Positions 38,259 to 52,896 are shown, counted from the first letter of the stretch. The stretch: 64,000 nucleotides of DNA from Eledone cirrhosa (GCA_964016885.1 OZ024740.1:180234001-180298000), one strand, 5' to 3'. The notes: generated from the letters alone by a model not told the origin. A program made the numbers and translations.

Positions 38259-40849
38259 CAGTCATCCAACTGGCATGTGCAGATTCGGTTTAACATGTTC
38301 ACTCACAAGTCGCTGGTGATTTTAAATCTATTTTAGAAGACTCTCTATATATAAGGGCTAACCGAACACTGTTTATTCTCCAAATCTCTTCTTTTTGTTT
38401 CATTTTCTTCCCACGCTCTCCTATCTTTCTTTTGCTTCTTTTATTTATTATTGTATAATGTTGAGTCGCATTTACTGGTATATCAATTTTAAAACTATTA
38501 TATTGATTCCTAGTACTGTAACGTTTTATTGTTACACACACAGAGACAAACACCTTTCACGCGCACATAACACACACACACAAGCACAAACACACGTACA
38601 CACACGTATATATTTCATGTCAAAATCAGAAATAAAGACTATTTATTGTATCTTTCAATTTTCTCAGAATGATGTGTTATAGAATACCAAATAAGTGTCA
38701 TAATTATCTGTTAAAATGTATTCATTGAAAACATAATCTTTTTTTTATACTGAAATAAATTATTTCAATTTATTTGATGAAATTGGATATGTTAAATCAA
38801 AAATTAAATATACAATAACAAAAAAAAGTAACACGTAATAACTATATAAAATTTGCTAAATATTTGAATTTTCGTTTCAAAACAAAGGTAAACCTTTTCT
38901 TCGAAATGGTTCAGAAGCAGTATGCAAAGATTACATTTTCTTGGCAATACTGACTCATACGCTTTTTGATAACAATAAATAGTAAACATTATAATAACCT
39001 TTTACAGATGATAAGCAACCTAAGCCCTAGTACATTGTCAATGTTACATATCAGTTAAACGTCCTGCAGAAATTTAGTGATAAACTGCAAGGTATCCTCT
39101 AATCCATAGAAGTTAATTATATTCATAGTGGCCAACAACAGGCGAAATGATTGATATGGACATACCCAATTATTGAAGTAATCTAACGTACTTACTTAGA
39201 GATAATTCCTTACACCAGAAACATTTTAATTGTAGATACGAAATATCAACTCTAGTGCATTCGAATGCTATGTCTTCTGATTTTCTAAGCGTGTATATAC
39301 TATTGGAAACCAAGAAAATGAATGTTAGCTCATTACCTTTCATCGTTTACACTATTCAAATAATAATACATTCAAAATTCATTATTTACAAAACTTATCT
39401 TGGTATAATTTTGAATAATATCTTTATAGCTGACTCACGAAATTATAAATGCAGTAGATTCTAGTGGCGTAAAATATAAAGTATAAAATCCAGAAGTAAG
39501 GCATGAAATCGTTATGAAAAAAATGAACAGAGTAGACCAACCGAAATTATACATAATAATCTACACGGAACATATGTGTTTAAATGCTCTTTGAGACTAC
39601 TCAGTTTGTGTGACATCTGATTTATCTGATACTGCAATATAATGGGATCTAAAAGGTGCTTGTATTTTCGTTGTGTTTCTACTTGCTCTGCGCCTAAGTA
39701 GGCACATTTTATAATGTAATTATCCAGTGCAGAAATGAAATTGAAATATATGCATTAATTAAGTGTAGTAATAGCGCAATAAAACCATATTGATGTTTAG
39801 TACATACTAGCCAAATATTCCCATCAAGTGGGTAAGATTAAACTTCTGTTAAATCCCAAATCCTTTGTAATATATTAGCTTTTGTGGCTCCATGCTTAGT
39901 GATCAATTCCGATAAAATCAGTTTCTTTTAAGCATCTGGTTCTGACAACGTCCTTGCGTTAGATATAAAGTGCTTGATTAAACTCAATCTATCTGTGGGG
40001 TAAACAATTATTAGCTTGTTCTGATGTAAAGCATCTGTCATTGTCACAAGTTCTCGATTCTTCACCGTGAGTATAATAAATTTAATCAAGAATTGCTCTT
40101 GCATTTATATGCAGTAGCTACATCTTATTAATTTCGTTGATATACTAGTTATTAAATGCAATATTTAGCACACTGGATTTTGAAATGCAAAAAAAATACA
40201 AAAAAACGTATGAAGTTGGTTTCGAGAAAGATAGTGTTATTTTTATTATCAGTAAAAAAGCATACATTTTCCATTTTCCTTTGACGTTTATTATATTCTC
40301 AGTACACTACTTAGTCATATTCAATTCGGAGATGAAACACAAAGTTTACATTACCACCAATCTTGAAATGAAAAAAAAGGATGAGCCGTCCATTAATAGC
40401 GGAGACGTTTTCCACATGATAAATAATATATACGATTAGTTAGATGATTTTACTGTTTACCTTTGCAATTTTATCTACTGGCCATACGTATTTAACGTTA
40501 AGATCGTTGCTTTTATGGACAAAGAAAGCATAAACAGCATTTAAATACTTAGTGTTGGTGAATGCAAATATGGGTAACATTGTGTGTTTATATATTTGCA
40601 TGTGTCTCTGTATATGTGTGAATATGTATATAATGAGTGAAATGTACGTGAAAACGTTAAAAAGATTTGATAGGAAACTCTAGAGTTCAAAGAAATAGAA
40701 TAGACGTGTCTGCATATTATTTTATCATTACAATGTATAACTTTAAATACAAGTGTTACAAATTACCAATCGCATGGGGTACTATATTTCTTGGGGTGTA
40801 AACCAGATTTAACATATATCTTATTATGAATATGTGTGTGTGAGTATAC

Positions 40850-40947
<98 letters not shown>

Positions 40948-41489
40948 CCCTTTCTCTCTGTATAATACTTGACATGAATTTCTAAACATGCATAAACTGC
41001 ATTCTGAAAACACATATTGTCTATGAATAATTTCATTGTTAGAAGAGGATGTGTGTTTCATTCATTTTTATTTTTATTTGTGAGAAGCCAATATGTCATA
41101 TACATGTTATTCATACGTTAAAATTGATAAACTCTTAGAATCTATGAAAAATGGCTGTGTGTAGAATCTATAATTATGTTTGACAATGTAAAAGTAAAGA
41201 CATTTTTACATTATGTGCGTTCCATTATGAAGAAAGAAATAACTTCATTTATCTCTGTTTAAAATAGCGTTGTGTTTGCAGAAGTATATTTAGCTATTGA
41301 TGATATTGTTATTGAAGTAAGTGATTACATTATAATCTTGTTGACGTTGGTGATGATTGTAATGTTAAAGATGATGATGTTGACGACGACAACGATGATG
41401 ATGATGATCAATATCATCATTATGATTATGAGGATTCAGAATATGCACAAACAAAAACATCATGCCCATATATACATATATATATATAT

Positions 41490-41537
<48 letters not shown>

Positions 41538-41733
41538 CGTTTCTGAATTTGTTTAGCAAGATTCTTTATCTGAAATCGTGTGTTGAAACCGATATTGTTA
41601 TACTTTGGGAGGGTCATGCTGCCAATAAGAAACACACGCACCAGTTGCTTTCACTTCAATTTATTATATATTTATAAATTTATAAATTTCTGGTTGGTTT
41701 GTTGGTTCCACAACCAGATAGTTGTTTATATAT

Positions 41734-41778
41734 AGTCATAGTTCTTTCGTCACACACTCTGTGACCTGTTCAGTGACT
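41734..41778 (-). ncRNA. PLE pLTR hammerhead (core mutated to CTGAACA)
   Basis: Minus strand agtca-CTGAACA-g-gtcaca-gagtg-tgtgac-GAAAG-AA-CTA-tgact. Confidence 0.7.
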
Positions 41779-42190
41779 GGGGATTCCTTTCTTTGTTTCT
41801 GTGCCTCTCCTTTGTTCTGACCTACGCCATTTTGTTTCTGTGTGTTGTGTGCTCAGTCTGCGCATGCGCCACATCCGGGTGTCTGTGTGTGTTTATGTTC
41901 ATTTATTTATTTGTTTATTTACATGTTACTGGTTGGTTGTTTGTTCTATGTGTGTGTGAGTTTTCATTTTGTCCTTAATTGTAAGTTGTGATGTTGCTGT
42001 TCCACTCATATTTTCTATTTAATTTTGGTTGTAATTCTTTTATGTTTATTGCCTCTGTAATTTGTCTAAACATTGTGTCTTTTCTGTGTGTAGATTCTAT
42101 TTTTATTTCTATGATCTCTAATTTACCCTTGTGTTCTATTTTAGCATGTTGGTAGAGTACAGATGATTCTTTATTATCTTGAAGGTCTCG

Positions 42191-44482
42191 CTAGTGTTCA
42201 TTTATCCGTTCCCCTACACTACGAGCTGTCTCACCTATGTACACCATATTTTTGTCTCTACATTGTCCTTCAGTACATCTTATGCTATACACTACATTTC
42301 TAGTTTTACAGTTAATATGGGGGTTTATTTTACAGGTTATACATTTCTTATCTATACATGAGGGTTTTTGAAAAGGGTATGTCTTGCTAATAAGTGTTTT
42401 TACGGAGGTACCTGGTCTTTCAACTATCTTAATATTGAGTTTATGTTTATTTAGGGCCCTTCTAAATGTGTAAGCTAATTCACCTCTAGGGGTTGTATCG
42501 ATGAACATTACACTCTGGTATTTATTGCTATCATACCATGAGTTTATTCTATTAGCCTTGTTCCTAGTTCTTTCTATTCTATTCCAAAATTTGCTCCTAT
42601 ACAAGGGGCAGGTCCCATTTATGTTATTATTTACCATTTTATCCCATTTGGTTCTGGCTTCTCTATACACTCTGATTTTATCTCTCTGATTGTAGCCAGA
42701 GAACTGCATACTGTGGATGAAGTGTTGTATGTGTCTCTCTAGTGCTTCGGGGTTGCACATGCGGGACACATTTCTCATCACCCGTACCAAATCCGCAATC
42801 AGTATGTTGATTTTGGTATGGTCCGAAATGGCCGAGTTTCGGTGGATCAGATGTTTGGAAGTCATGGGTTTGGCATAATGGGAATGGAGGATTTGTTTTT
42901 TGTTGTTAATGGTATCTAACCAGAGCTCTGTGTCTAGTACAGGTAATCGATGGTTGGGGTGTTTACTTGGGTAGTCTATAGTAACTCTAATGCTCTGGTG
43001 GATGGAGTTTGCTATTTGCTGGATGCTTTCCATTGTGTTTTTCTCTAGTTCCTGACTGTTCTCTATTGGGGGTGTCTTAACTACGATGTTTATATCATCT
43101 ACGTAGCGGGAGTACATTATCAGGGTTAAGGGGTCCTCTAATTGTTCTTTAAGTTTAAGTTTAAGTCTACTGTCCCACCATACCATGAATAAGTTAGCTA
43201 TGTCGCCTGCAATGCTAACACCAATGGCTGCTCCTTCCTCTTGGGCATATGTTTTTTCATTAAATTTGAACTTATGTTCCTTAAGGGTTAGTTTTATGCT
43301 GGCCCCTACCTCATGTGCAATCATTTTCTTCAGGTCATCGTGGTTTTCGGATGTCCGGATGGCTCTGGTCCACCCGTTCCATATATCTGTGTGGGTTTTC
43401 TTGGCCATTGAGGTAATGGTAGGTGGTCTGCCTCTTGCTGGTCTTGTAGGGCACAGGTTGCTAAGGTCATATGTGTCTAGGTAATTATTACTATAGGTAA
43501 GCTTAAGTAGGAGTCCCAGCTCACTGGTATCAATCCCACGGAACTCAACCTTGCTCTCACTGATCATTTCTACGCATTTCTCCACAGCAAAATCCACGTC
43601 AATAGATGGATACAGGGACACAACATCCATACTGCCTATTATGCAGTTTGTTAGGTCCCCAGATCGGTTACTCACGCCGATTCTGCTGAGGAGGTCCTCC
43701 GTGCTGTCACATACATCTGGGGACATTTCAATGATGGGGCATATGATCAGGGAAAGGAAGTAGGACAGTCTGTAGTTACTAGCAATGTTAGCTCCACAGA
43801 CTGGCCGTGTTGGTGGTCCCGCGACAGGGTCACAGCCCGTTTTATGGTCTTTTCGAAGCCCATACAACGCCGGCACGTCATTGTTCCAGGCCTGGAAGTT
43901 GTTGGCAGTCCTTTTGTTGGGCTGCATTATATTCGTACACATCACCATATGGGCATTGAGGGCTTTTTCTCTATCCTCATGCTCCTGTGGTGTTACCTCT
44001 CTTGTGTTAGTGATGCGGGGTTGCATTGCCTGGATGTAGTTTGGCAGGCTGCTAACCGACATTCTGCCAGACTTGTCTGTTGGAAAGCATGCTATCTCTC
44101 CATTACGCGAGCGCTGCATGAGCTTACGCAGGCCATTTGCAGATTTTTCTCCCAGCTTCTGGGCCTCCATTCTATTATGCTTCTTGCTATACTGTTCTAT
44201 AATATTTCTAAGTTTGGATCTAGCTATACTAAATTGTGCTTCTGTTTGTTCATCGACCTGCGACGGCAATTGCGTGCGTTTGTTAAATGGTAAAGTTGTG
44301 GCGTGGACTCGTCGCAGGTCGAATGATTTATCGGAGGGATTATAAAACGTAGAGTTCCAGGCTGCTGCTTTATGTGTACTAGTGCTATTGTTATTGTTAG
44401 TTGTGTTGTTACTATTTCTATTTCCACCAACAGCCTCATGGTTGTTTCTATGTCTCTCATAATTACTCCTATCTCTTTCCAC
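42191..44482 (-). CDS. PLE reverse transcriptase + Cys-rich linker + GIY-YIG endonuclease (763-aa open segment; premature stop at 42191, true end ~41976; upstream part to ~45467 has stops)
   Basis: PTDKSGR, PPTRPVC, GSMDVVSLYPSI, GAAIG, YSRYVDDI, LPVLDTELW, CIDKKCITC, CKTRNVVYSIRC, YIGETARSVGERINEH; the inverted copy reads through EHWRDLQ. Confidence 0.93.
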   Translation of the reverse strand: MERDRSNYERHRNNHEAVGGNRNSNNTTNNNNSTSTHKAAAWNSTFYNPSDKSFDLRRVHATTLPFNKRTQLPSQVDEQTEAQFSIARSKLRNIIEQYSKKHNRMEAQKLGEKSANGLRKLMQRSRNGEIACFPTDKSGRMSVSSLPNYIQAMQPRITNTREVTPQEHEDREKALNAHMVMCTNIMQPNKRTANNFQAWNNDVPALYGLRKDHKTGCDPVAGPPTRPVCGANIASNYRLSYFLSLIICPIIEMSPDVCDSTEDLLSRIGVSNRSGDLTNCIIGSMDVVSLYPSIDVDFAVEKCVEMISESKVEFRGIDTSELGLLLKLTYSNNYLDTYDLSNLCPTRPARGRPPTITSMAKKTHTDIWNGWTRAIRTSENHDDLKKMIAHEVGASIKLTLKEHKFKFNEKTYAQEEGAAIGVSIAGDIANLFMVWWDSRLKLKLKEQLEDPLTLIMYSRYVDDINIVVKTPPIENSQELEKNTMESIQQIANSIHQSIRVTIDYPSKHPNHRLPVLDTELWLDTINNKKQILHSHYAKPMTSKHLIHRNSAISDHTKINILIADLVRVMRNVSRMCNPEALERHIQHFIHSMQFSGYNQRDKIRVYREARTKWDKMVNNNINGTCPLYRSKFWNRIERTRNKANRINSWYDSNKYQSVMFIDTTPRGELAYTFRRALNKHKLNIKIVERPGTSVKTLISKTYPFQKPSCIDKKCITCKINPHINCKTRNVVYSIRCTEGQCRDKNMVYIGETARSVGERINEH

Positions 44483-46752
44483 TGGTTCATTGTTGTTATC
44501 TACCCTATTTTGTGTGTCTGTGTGTTCGTCTTGGTTATTCTCTTTGTCCTTAGTCTACCATCTCCTTTTAATCCTATTACTTTCCCTTATTTCTGTGATT
44601 TCTGTGCTACTATCATTACTTGTTTCCTGTGTCTGTGTGTTTGTTAAGATTGTGGTGGTGGTGAGAGGCATTGAATGCGTGTGTGTTGTTGTTGTCTCCG
44701 TGTGTGTTATTGTTGTTGTGTGTGTTGTTATTGTTGTTTGTGTCTGCGTGTCTGTTGTTGTTGTTTCTGGGTATGTTGTTATTGTTGTTGTTGTTGGTGT
44801 GTGTGTTGTTGTTATTGTTGTTTGTGTCTGTGTGTCTGTTGTTGTTGGGATGTGTGTTGTATATGTGTGTGCGTATACTGTTGCTTTTGTTTTTGTTTTT
44901 GAGGCTCCAGCGTAGTTTTGTAAATTATTTTTCTATTTCTGACAGACAACTAATCATATTTACCTTCTTGAATGTCGCAAATTTCGGGGGTAAACATAAC
45001 ACAGACATCTCATCATCATCTATTCTTGTGTTACCATATATATTTGTGTTGTTGTTGTTGTTGAACTCTTCTGTTAATGAGGTGTCGGCCATATTTATAC
45101 CGTCAATTTTGTCGGGATATCTATTGGTATTCTCTATAGTATCCTGATTTAGCTTTATCTGCTTAAGCCACTTTAGTTTCTTGTTAAAGTGCTTATCACA
45201 TTCTTGAGTAATGTACTGTTCTTCAGGGCGTATAAGGCTTATAAATATTAGTTTCTCTCTTGGTGTGGTGATCCTAGCTATTACTTGTATTAGGTTACGC
45301 TTATGTTTTTCTTGATGACTTAATTCTCTATAGATCTTCTTTTTTATGTTTAGAATTAATGTTTGTTTTAGCCTATCTGCTTGTTTTTTGGTGAGTTGTA
45401 ATCTTCTAACGTCGGTGTTGATGGTGTTGGTGTAAACTCAGGATGAGGCACATTCTTTTATGAAGTGTAGAGAACAGTCAGGAACTAGAGAAAAACACAA
45501 TGGAAAGCATCCAGCAAATAGCGAACTCCATCCACCAGAGCATTAGAGTTATTATAGACTACCCAAGTAAACACCCCAACCATCGATTACCTGTACTAGA
45601 CACAGAGCTCTGGTTAAATACCATTAACAACAAAAACAAATCCTCCATTCCTATTATGCCAAACCCATGACTTCCACACATCTGATCCACCGAAACTCGG
45701 CCATTTCGGACCATACCAAAATCAACATACTGATTGCGGATTTGGTACGGGTGATGAGAAATGTGTCCCGCATGTGCAACCCGAAGAACTAGAGAGACAC
45801 ATACAACACTCATCCACCGTATGCAGTTCTCTGGCTACAATCAGAGAGATAAAATCAGAGTGTATAGAGGAGCCAGAACCAAATGGGAAAAAAATGGTAA
45901 ATAATGACATAAATGGGACCTGCCCCTTGTATAGGAGCAAATTTTGGAATAGAATAGAAAGAACTAGGAACAAGGCTAATAGAATAAACTCATGGTATGA
46001 TAGCAATAAATACCAGAGTGTAATGTTCATCGATACAACCCCTAGAGGTGAATTAGCTTACAAATTTAGAAGGGCCCTAAATAAACATAATCTCAATATT
46101 AAGATAGTTGAAATACCAGGTACCTCCGTAAAAACACTTATTAGCAAGACATACCCTTTTCAAAGACCCTCATGTATAGATAAGAAATGTATAACCTGTA
46201 AAATAAACCCCCATATTAACTGTAAAACTAGAAATGTAGTGTATAGCATAAGATGTACTGAAGGACAATGTAGAGACAAAAATATAGTGTGCATAGGTGA
46301 GATAGCTCGTAGTGTAGGGGAACGGATAAATGAACACTGGCGAGACCTCCAAGATAATAAAGAATCATCTGTACTCTACCAACATGCTAAAATAGAACAC
46401 AAGGGTAAATTACAGAACATAGAAATAAAAATAGAATCTACACACAGAAAAGACGCAATGTTTAGACAAATTACAGAGGCAATAAACATAAAAGAATTAC
46501 AACCAAAATTAAATAGAAAATATGAGTGGAACAGCAACATCACAACTTACAATTAAGGACAAAATGAAAACACACACACACATAGAACAAACAACCAACC
46601 AGTAACATGTAAATAAACAAATAAATAAATGAACATAAACACACACAGACACTTGGATGTGGCGCATGCGCATACTGAGCACACAACACACAGAAACAAA
46701 ATGGCGTAGGACAAAACAAAGGAGAGGCACAGAAACAAAGAAAGGAATACCC

Positions 46753-46797
46753 AGTCACTGAAGAGGTTACAGAGTGTGTGACGAAAGAACTATGACT
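46753..46797 (+). ncRNA. PLE pLTR minimal hammerhead ribozyme
   Basis: agtca-CTGAAGA-g-gttaca-gagtg-tgtgac-GAAAG-AA-CTA-tgact; perfect 5-bp stem I; ~200 nt after the PLE stop codon. Confidence 0.8.
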
Positions 46798-46943
46798 ATA
46801 TATAAACAACTATCTGGTTGTGGAACCAACCAACCAACCAGAAATTTATAAATTTATAAATTTATAAATATATAATGAATTGAAGTGAAAGCAACTGGTG
46901 CGTGTGTTTCTTATTGGCAGCATGACCCTCCCAAAGTATAACA

Positions 46944-46974
<31 letters not shown>

Positions 46975-46982
46975 TACACACA

Positions 46983-47113
<131 letters not shown>

Positions 47114-49472
47114 ATTTATGGGCATGATGATAATTATACTGATATTGTTGACAATAATTATGGTTATGATGATTAGGATGATGAGGATAATGGTAAGGAT
47201 ACAGGTGATGATTATTATTATGATAATGATGATGGATATGGTGATAGTTATAGTGGTGACGTTGATGAAACTCATGATTAAATTATGATAATGACGATGG
47301 TGATAGTAATGTTCACGATGTTGTCATTAGTGAAGTCTCGGGTGCAGGTTGCACTCTAAATCTAATCTTCATAAAATCCTTTGCGATACTTATTTGACAA
47401 ATGCAATGATGGTAAGTACATTATTTTTCAGTTTAAGTGGAAACATTTCTAAATACAATATCCCTCCTATTATTCATTTATTTTTCAGTAACACTACTAC
47501 CACCAGCAGAGCTATCATCACTATAATCATCCTATGTGTTACCTTCCTTGTCATCTTCAGTCTAATTATCTTCATTTGCAACATTATGATCAGAATTAAA
47601 CTCGAAACCAAGAACATCACCATTTTCCTTTTGATCGTTGTCATTTGCTGGCTATCATTGCATTCATTACCTTTATTGATGCTATTTAATATAGTTTTCA
47701 TTCAATGTGGTTTTATGGTGGACCATAACAGAAAGGTTTTGCTACATACCAATGAGATAATAAATAGAGAGAATTCGTTAAGGAGCTGCAAAATACGATG
47801 AGAGAAATATCGTGATAGAAACAAGGAGAGGGTGTAAAGAGGGAAAGAGAGAGAAACTAAAAGGAGAGAAAAAAAGTAAGTAAAAGCAAAGTAGTTTAAC
47901 GAAAATATCGTGTCGCATAGTATATACATAACTATAGTGTCAACAGTAATTGCACACAGAAACAATTAAGACAAAATAACAAATACATGTTCACTTCATC
48001 AGCCACTTTGCTGGTGTACACTTCCGCGTATCAAGGTATCATTGCACTTGTAATGAAAATTTGCGCAGCTGATTCGAGAACGGATCTGCTGATGAGATGG
48101 TTGTGAATCGATAACAAAAGGTAGAATGGCCAGGATAAGTTACCTGCGAATGCAAGATATAAAAGTTATATGCTGAAGAAGAGAGGTAGGGAAAAATCGC
48201 AGGAATGATGTTGAGATAATAAAGAAGAAATTTGGAAAGAGGGAAAAATAGAGAGAAAGAGAGTAAGGGAGATAAGGAGAGACCACGAATCAAATGGAAA
48301 ACAGTAAAAGGGGATCACAAACAAAATAGATTAGTTTATAGCAGTCTGTACATAAATATTTATAGTAATCATGTTTGTCATAGCATTTGTTTTGTGCAAT
48401 ATAATCATAATACAAAGTGAATAATGTGTACACTAAGAACAAGCCGCAACCGATAGTTAAGAAATGCCAAAAATAACAATTAGTTGAAGAGCACATATAT
48501 ACAATTACAGAGAACCAAATGAAAATGGCATCTCAGCTTCATCAGCTAACTTGCAAGTGTGAGATTCCGAGCATTAATGTAGTATTACATTTGTAATGCC
48601 ACCTTACCGTACAGATTGGAGAACCGCTTTGTTGGCAAGATTACATGTTGCTTTCAAATAAAGTCAGAATAAATATTACAACTTGAAATAAATTATCAAT
48701 AGACTTATCATATAAAACGGGCGGAATATTATCACTTGAAAAACGATAAAAATATTTTACATTAAGTCTCAGAATTTAAGAGATGATATGCTACCTCCAG
48801 AATTTTAAAGATAAAAGAGGCAGGGGTAGGTTGCAGATGATGGAAATCGAGAAGTCGAACGAATGATACTGAAAGAAAGAAAGAGAGAGTGGAAGAAAGG
48901 AGAGAGATGGAGAGAGAACAAGGGATACATAGGGAGAAGTAGAAACTAAGAAAGAGAGTAAGAGATATAGTGAGAGAGTGGGAGAAAAAATCAAGAAATA
49001 GAAATAGATGAGATGTGGTCAGGGAAAGAAAACCATGTAGTTTATCGAGAAATATTGTGTCGCCATATATATACTCAAATACAATATCCGCAGAACATGC
49101 AGAACGAAAAAAAAAAATTTTATAAATGCATCTCGAAAAATCCTAATGCACAAAATAACATTCCAGCATAGCATGGCGTGATATATCCCGCATTATGGCT
49201 GCCTCACACTTGTAATACCAGTTTGAGCATCATATTGTTACCGTTGAGATTTTACAAGGCATATGAGACGATAGGAAAATAAAGGATGGCCAGAAAAACT
49301 TATGGTATGAAGTTGCATAAAAAGGATGATAATATAAATTGCGTTTTTTTTATAGTCCGTGAATTCCGTTTATTTTAATACTTCAAAGTCGTAATTGAGC
49401 GTTATGGTAACACAAGTGCGTTATGGTACACCTGGTTTCTTGCCACACCTTCTTTGTGATATACATATATAT

Positions 49473-49524
<52 letters not shown>

Positions 49525-49543
49525 TGAGAGAGAGAGATAGAGA

Positions 49544-49674
<131 letters not shown>

Positions 49675-51298
49675 TACTATGCAGCAGAACTATAGAAAAG
49701 ACAAATGATGACAAATAAAACAGAACAGAATAATTGTTTCTACTATTGGCACAAGGCCAGAAAATTACCCAGTACATTACTGGTACTTTATTTTATCGAC
49801 CCCGTAAGGATGAAAGGCAACAGAATAATGTTTATGCAGTATATTTCAACATTATATTTCAGATCTATCATCCTCTTTTCAAATATGGATCCGAAATTGT
49901 TTAAAACAAAGTGATCGATCGATGTGTTCCGCCTTATCTGGCCTATGTTGAATAAATACGCATGCGTTTTATTAACTAGTCTACCTCGTGCATTTCCAAT
50001 GTATTATTGCATGATATCCTTCCTCACATGAAGAAGTCGTAGAAGCACACGTGATATTTATGAGTGAACATACAGACACCACAGTTTTCCTTTCTCTAAC
50101 GAGAGATGTATGATCCATATATACACCTAAATTTACAAGGAGTGTATATGCAGAGATATGTTTGTGCACCATGACACTGCCTTTTCCTACAAAGCCAAAA
50201 TCCTCTATATACGGAGGAATGAGATTTCCCGGATACACAATGGATTCAGGAAGAGTAGAAACAGACACACCAGTATGGTGGAATTCCAGAGACTTTTCAC
50301 TGAATACAGCTACCTTACTTCTCTCGCCTAACACTAAATTGCCAAGTCAGCAACACTTAAAAAAGCGAGAAGGACATGCATGCTAAGTGATTATATATAC
50401 CACCCAAAGCTTCCACATTTTAATGAGAAGATAAGCTATCCGTAGGGAGGGACAGATTATACTAGTGGCGTTTTCGGGACCCTCATTGAGAAGACTGCTC
50501 TAGACACATCCTAAACATATACGACGATAAGTGCAGACTTCCTAATTGTCCCATTAACAACGAAGACGTGTGCATGACAGCGTATATGATCTATACGATC
50601 ACATTTAGGAAAAAATAGCTCCTCTAACATCAGAGGTACCGTCCTGATGCTACACATACGGATCAAGTACATGAAGCAAGAGCTTCTTCTGTCAGAAAGG
50701 CACCTTGACTGGTGCCTCAGGCAAGAAAATTGAGGTCCCCATAGAGTCAAAAGGAAGAATTATAGGCAATTTAATAATCAAAGAGTTCATTATCATCAAC
50801 CATATACATTCGCGGGAAGGGGAAGTCGATTAAATTGATGCCAGTGCATGACTGGTACTTTGTTTTATCAACCCTGTAAGGATGAAAGAAGCTAACCATC
50901 GCGGGATTTGAAATCAGACCATCAAGATCTGTAAATCTATACCGCAAAGCAAATTGTCCGACACTCTACTGATACTGCCAAACCACCACACAATTAAATA
51001 ATAGATGTTAAATTCACGAGACAGAATGTTTATCATGAGGATTTCACGCATGCGTATTTCAAACAAGTTCGCCAGTTAACGAAAAACTTATCAATCATTC
51101 CCCTTGTTTTGAACTGTTTCAGTTCCACTTTCGAAAAGAGGGTATAAGACCTGAAATATCATGTTGAAATACACTGGAAAAACAATGGTTTGTTTTTTAT
51201 ATATTTGTCTTTTTGTGCCCTTTGTATTTTTCAACCGTATTTTACTTGCTTTCGTTAAATTATTGGATTTTATTATACATCGCTTAAAGTTTCGCGGA

Positions 51299-51355
<57 letters not shown>

Positions 51356-52504
51356 GCACACACACACATATATATATTTAGGTATGTATGAGTATATGTG
51401 CGTGTTTGTGCTTGTGTGTGTAAGGGTATATGTGTATGTAGAATCTTTCTATTACGTAAGTTGGACACATTTTAAGTTAGCATACATGTTCGTTTATATA
51501 GCAGCGCCTGTAAAATATTTAATCTTTCCAAAATTTGTGATTTCGTTTTTTTACTTTCCTCCTCTAAACAAATTACGATGGTTATAATACATAAAATGCA
51601 TGAATCCATTTTCAAAGTGAAGTTGTGTATTTACCAAATCATTTTCTCTCTTTCGCCCAAATAAAACTGTTTGATAGAATTTCGATACAACAAACTTATC
51701 TTACGAATAAAAACTCATGATATAGTTTGCCAGAAATGTCTTGTTTACTGACCGATAACCCTGTCAAACTGAATCCAACCAGAAATTTTGGCTTTATTGT
51801 GCAGTAGCAAATACAAAAATACCAGTTTGATGGTGCTGTGTTGTTGACTAGAAAGTCTGCAGTCGGTGTTGTTATATTTTCAGTGACTTAGCCAAACACG
51901 TTGAATAGTTCAAATGTAATCTAATTCTTCCTTGTTCCCTCGCAAAACATGAAACAACATTTTTCACTATTGTTAGCAATATTACAAAGATATAATATAC
52001 GAATAATGACCTGCATTTTCAGAGACAATGTTAATTTAATATAGGAAACAAAATATTTGTCTGTCTCTGTCTGCGATTGAAAGGAAAATAAAGGAAAGAG
52101 TTATGGAGCACACACCTAAAAGCAAAACTGAATACAAAAAATATGAAGGAAACAACACAAAACCACTGTTGCAACAGGAGTAAATAACAACACTAATAAA
52201 AATTATTAGCTGTTTGTATATATCAGAGAAATACATTAGATAAATTTAGAATTCTCAACAAAGACTGTTTGTCAACAGTTTTACTACCAGAGTTTTCTTT
52301 GTAAATTCAAAGTAAATATTTAATGAATATTTACTTTGCAAACATAATATATATTTATATATGTATACCTATATATAAAATCGACATAGATATATACGGG
52401 TTATTATATGCATGCACACACAATTAGATACATGCTTACACAAACACACACACATATATATATATATATGTATTTTTTTATATATATAAATGTATACAGA
52501 GCGA

Positions 52505-52546
<42 letters not shown>

Positions 52547-52893
52547 GATAGATAGATGGATGCATACATACAAAAAATTATTACTGATAAATAATCTTCG
52601 ATCCACCGCAGATGAACGTCTGCTAGATGACTTTAAAAACAAAAATTCTCGTATTTTCCACATATAGAAATTAGATATATGTCTGTTTATGTATATAGAC
52701 AAAAAAATAATGTAGAGTTTGCGTGGGAAAAGTTACATTTAAGTACTTAGAGTTTTTCTGGCGTATCACAGCAGGTTATACCATAACTATAGTAAACAAA
52801 CTATCATGCAGATAACATATCTTTGTTAAGAGAGTGGGACTGGCTTTGTGCAGTGCCTTTGCTCACTATAAAAGCTTCACAGCACAGGCATTG

Positions 52894-52896
<3 letters not shown>

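Larger units (their letters stand above)
41536..46945. mobile_element. Neptune-like Penelope element: near-full-length minus copy (41536-45467) plus inverted 5'-truncated plus copy (45468-46945)
   Basis: 45468-46945 is the reverse complement of ~41593-43065 at high identity; both outer ends abut (TA)n. Confidence 0.93.

Noticed and set aside
39020-40100. Possible minus-strand host exons (AG...GTAAGT around 39195-39300; broken frame at 39840-40100)
   Set aside because: Short, no recognisable protein similarity and no consistent exon chain; needs RNA-seq.
44490-45147. Val-, Leu- or Cys-rich plus-strand ORFs resembling membrane or metallothionein proteins
   Set aside because: Antisense of the low-complexity Thr/Asn-rich part of the PLE ORF.
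45430-45450. In-frame TGA in the PLE N-terminus as selenocysteine (as in Naiad PLEs)
   Set aside because: Single TGA, other stops are TAA/TAG, domain order is RT then EN, and no SECIS was recognised; most simply decay.
49981-50750. 117-aa and 79-aa minus-strand ORFs
   Set aside because: At most a faint resemblance to a decayed LINE endonuclease; cannot be supported.
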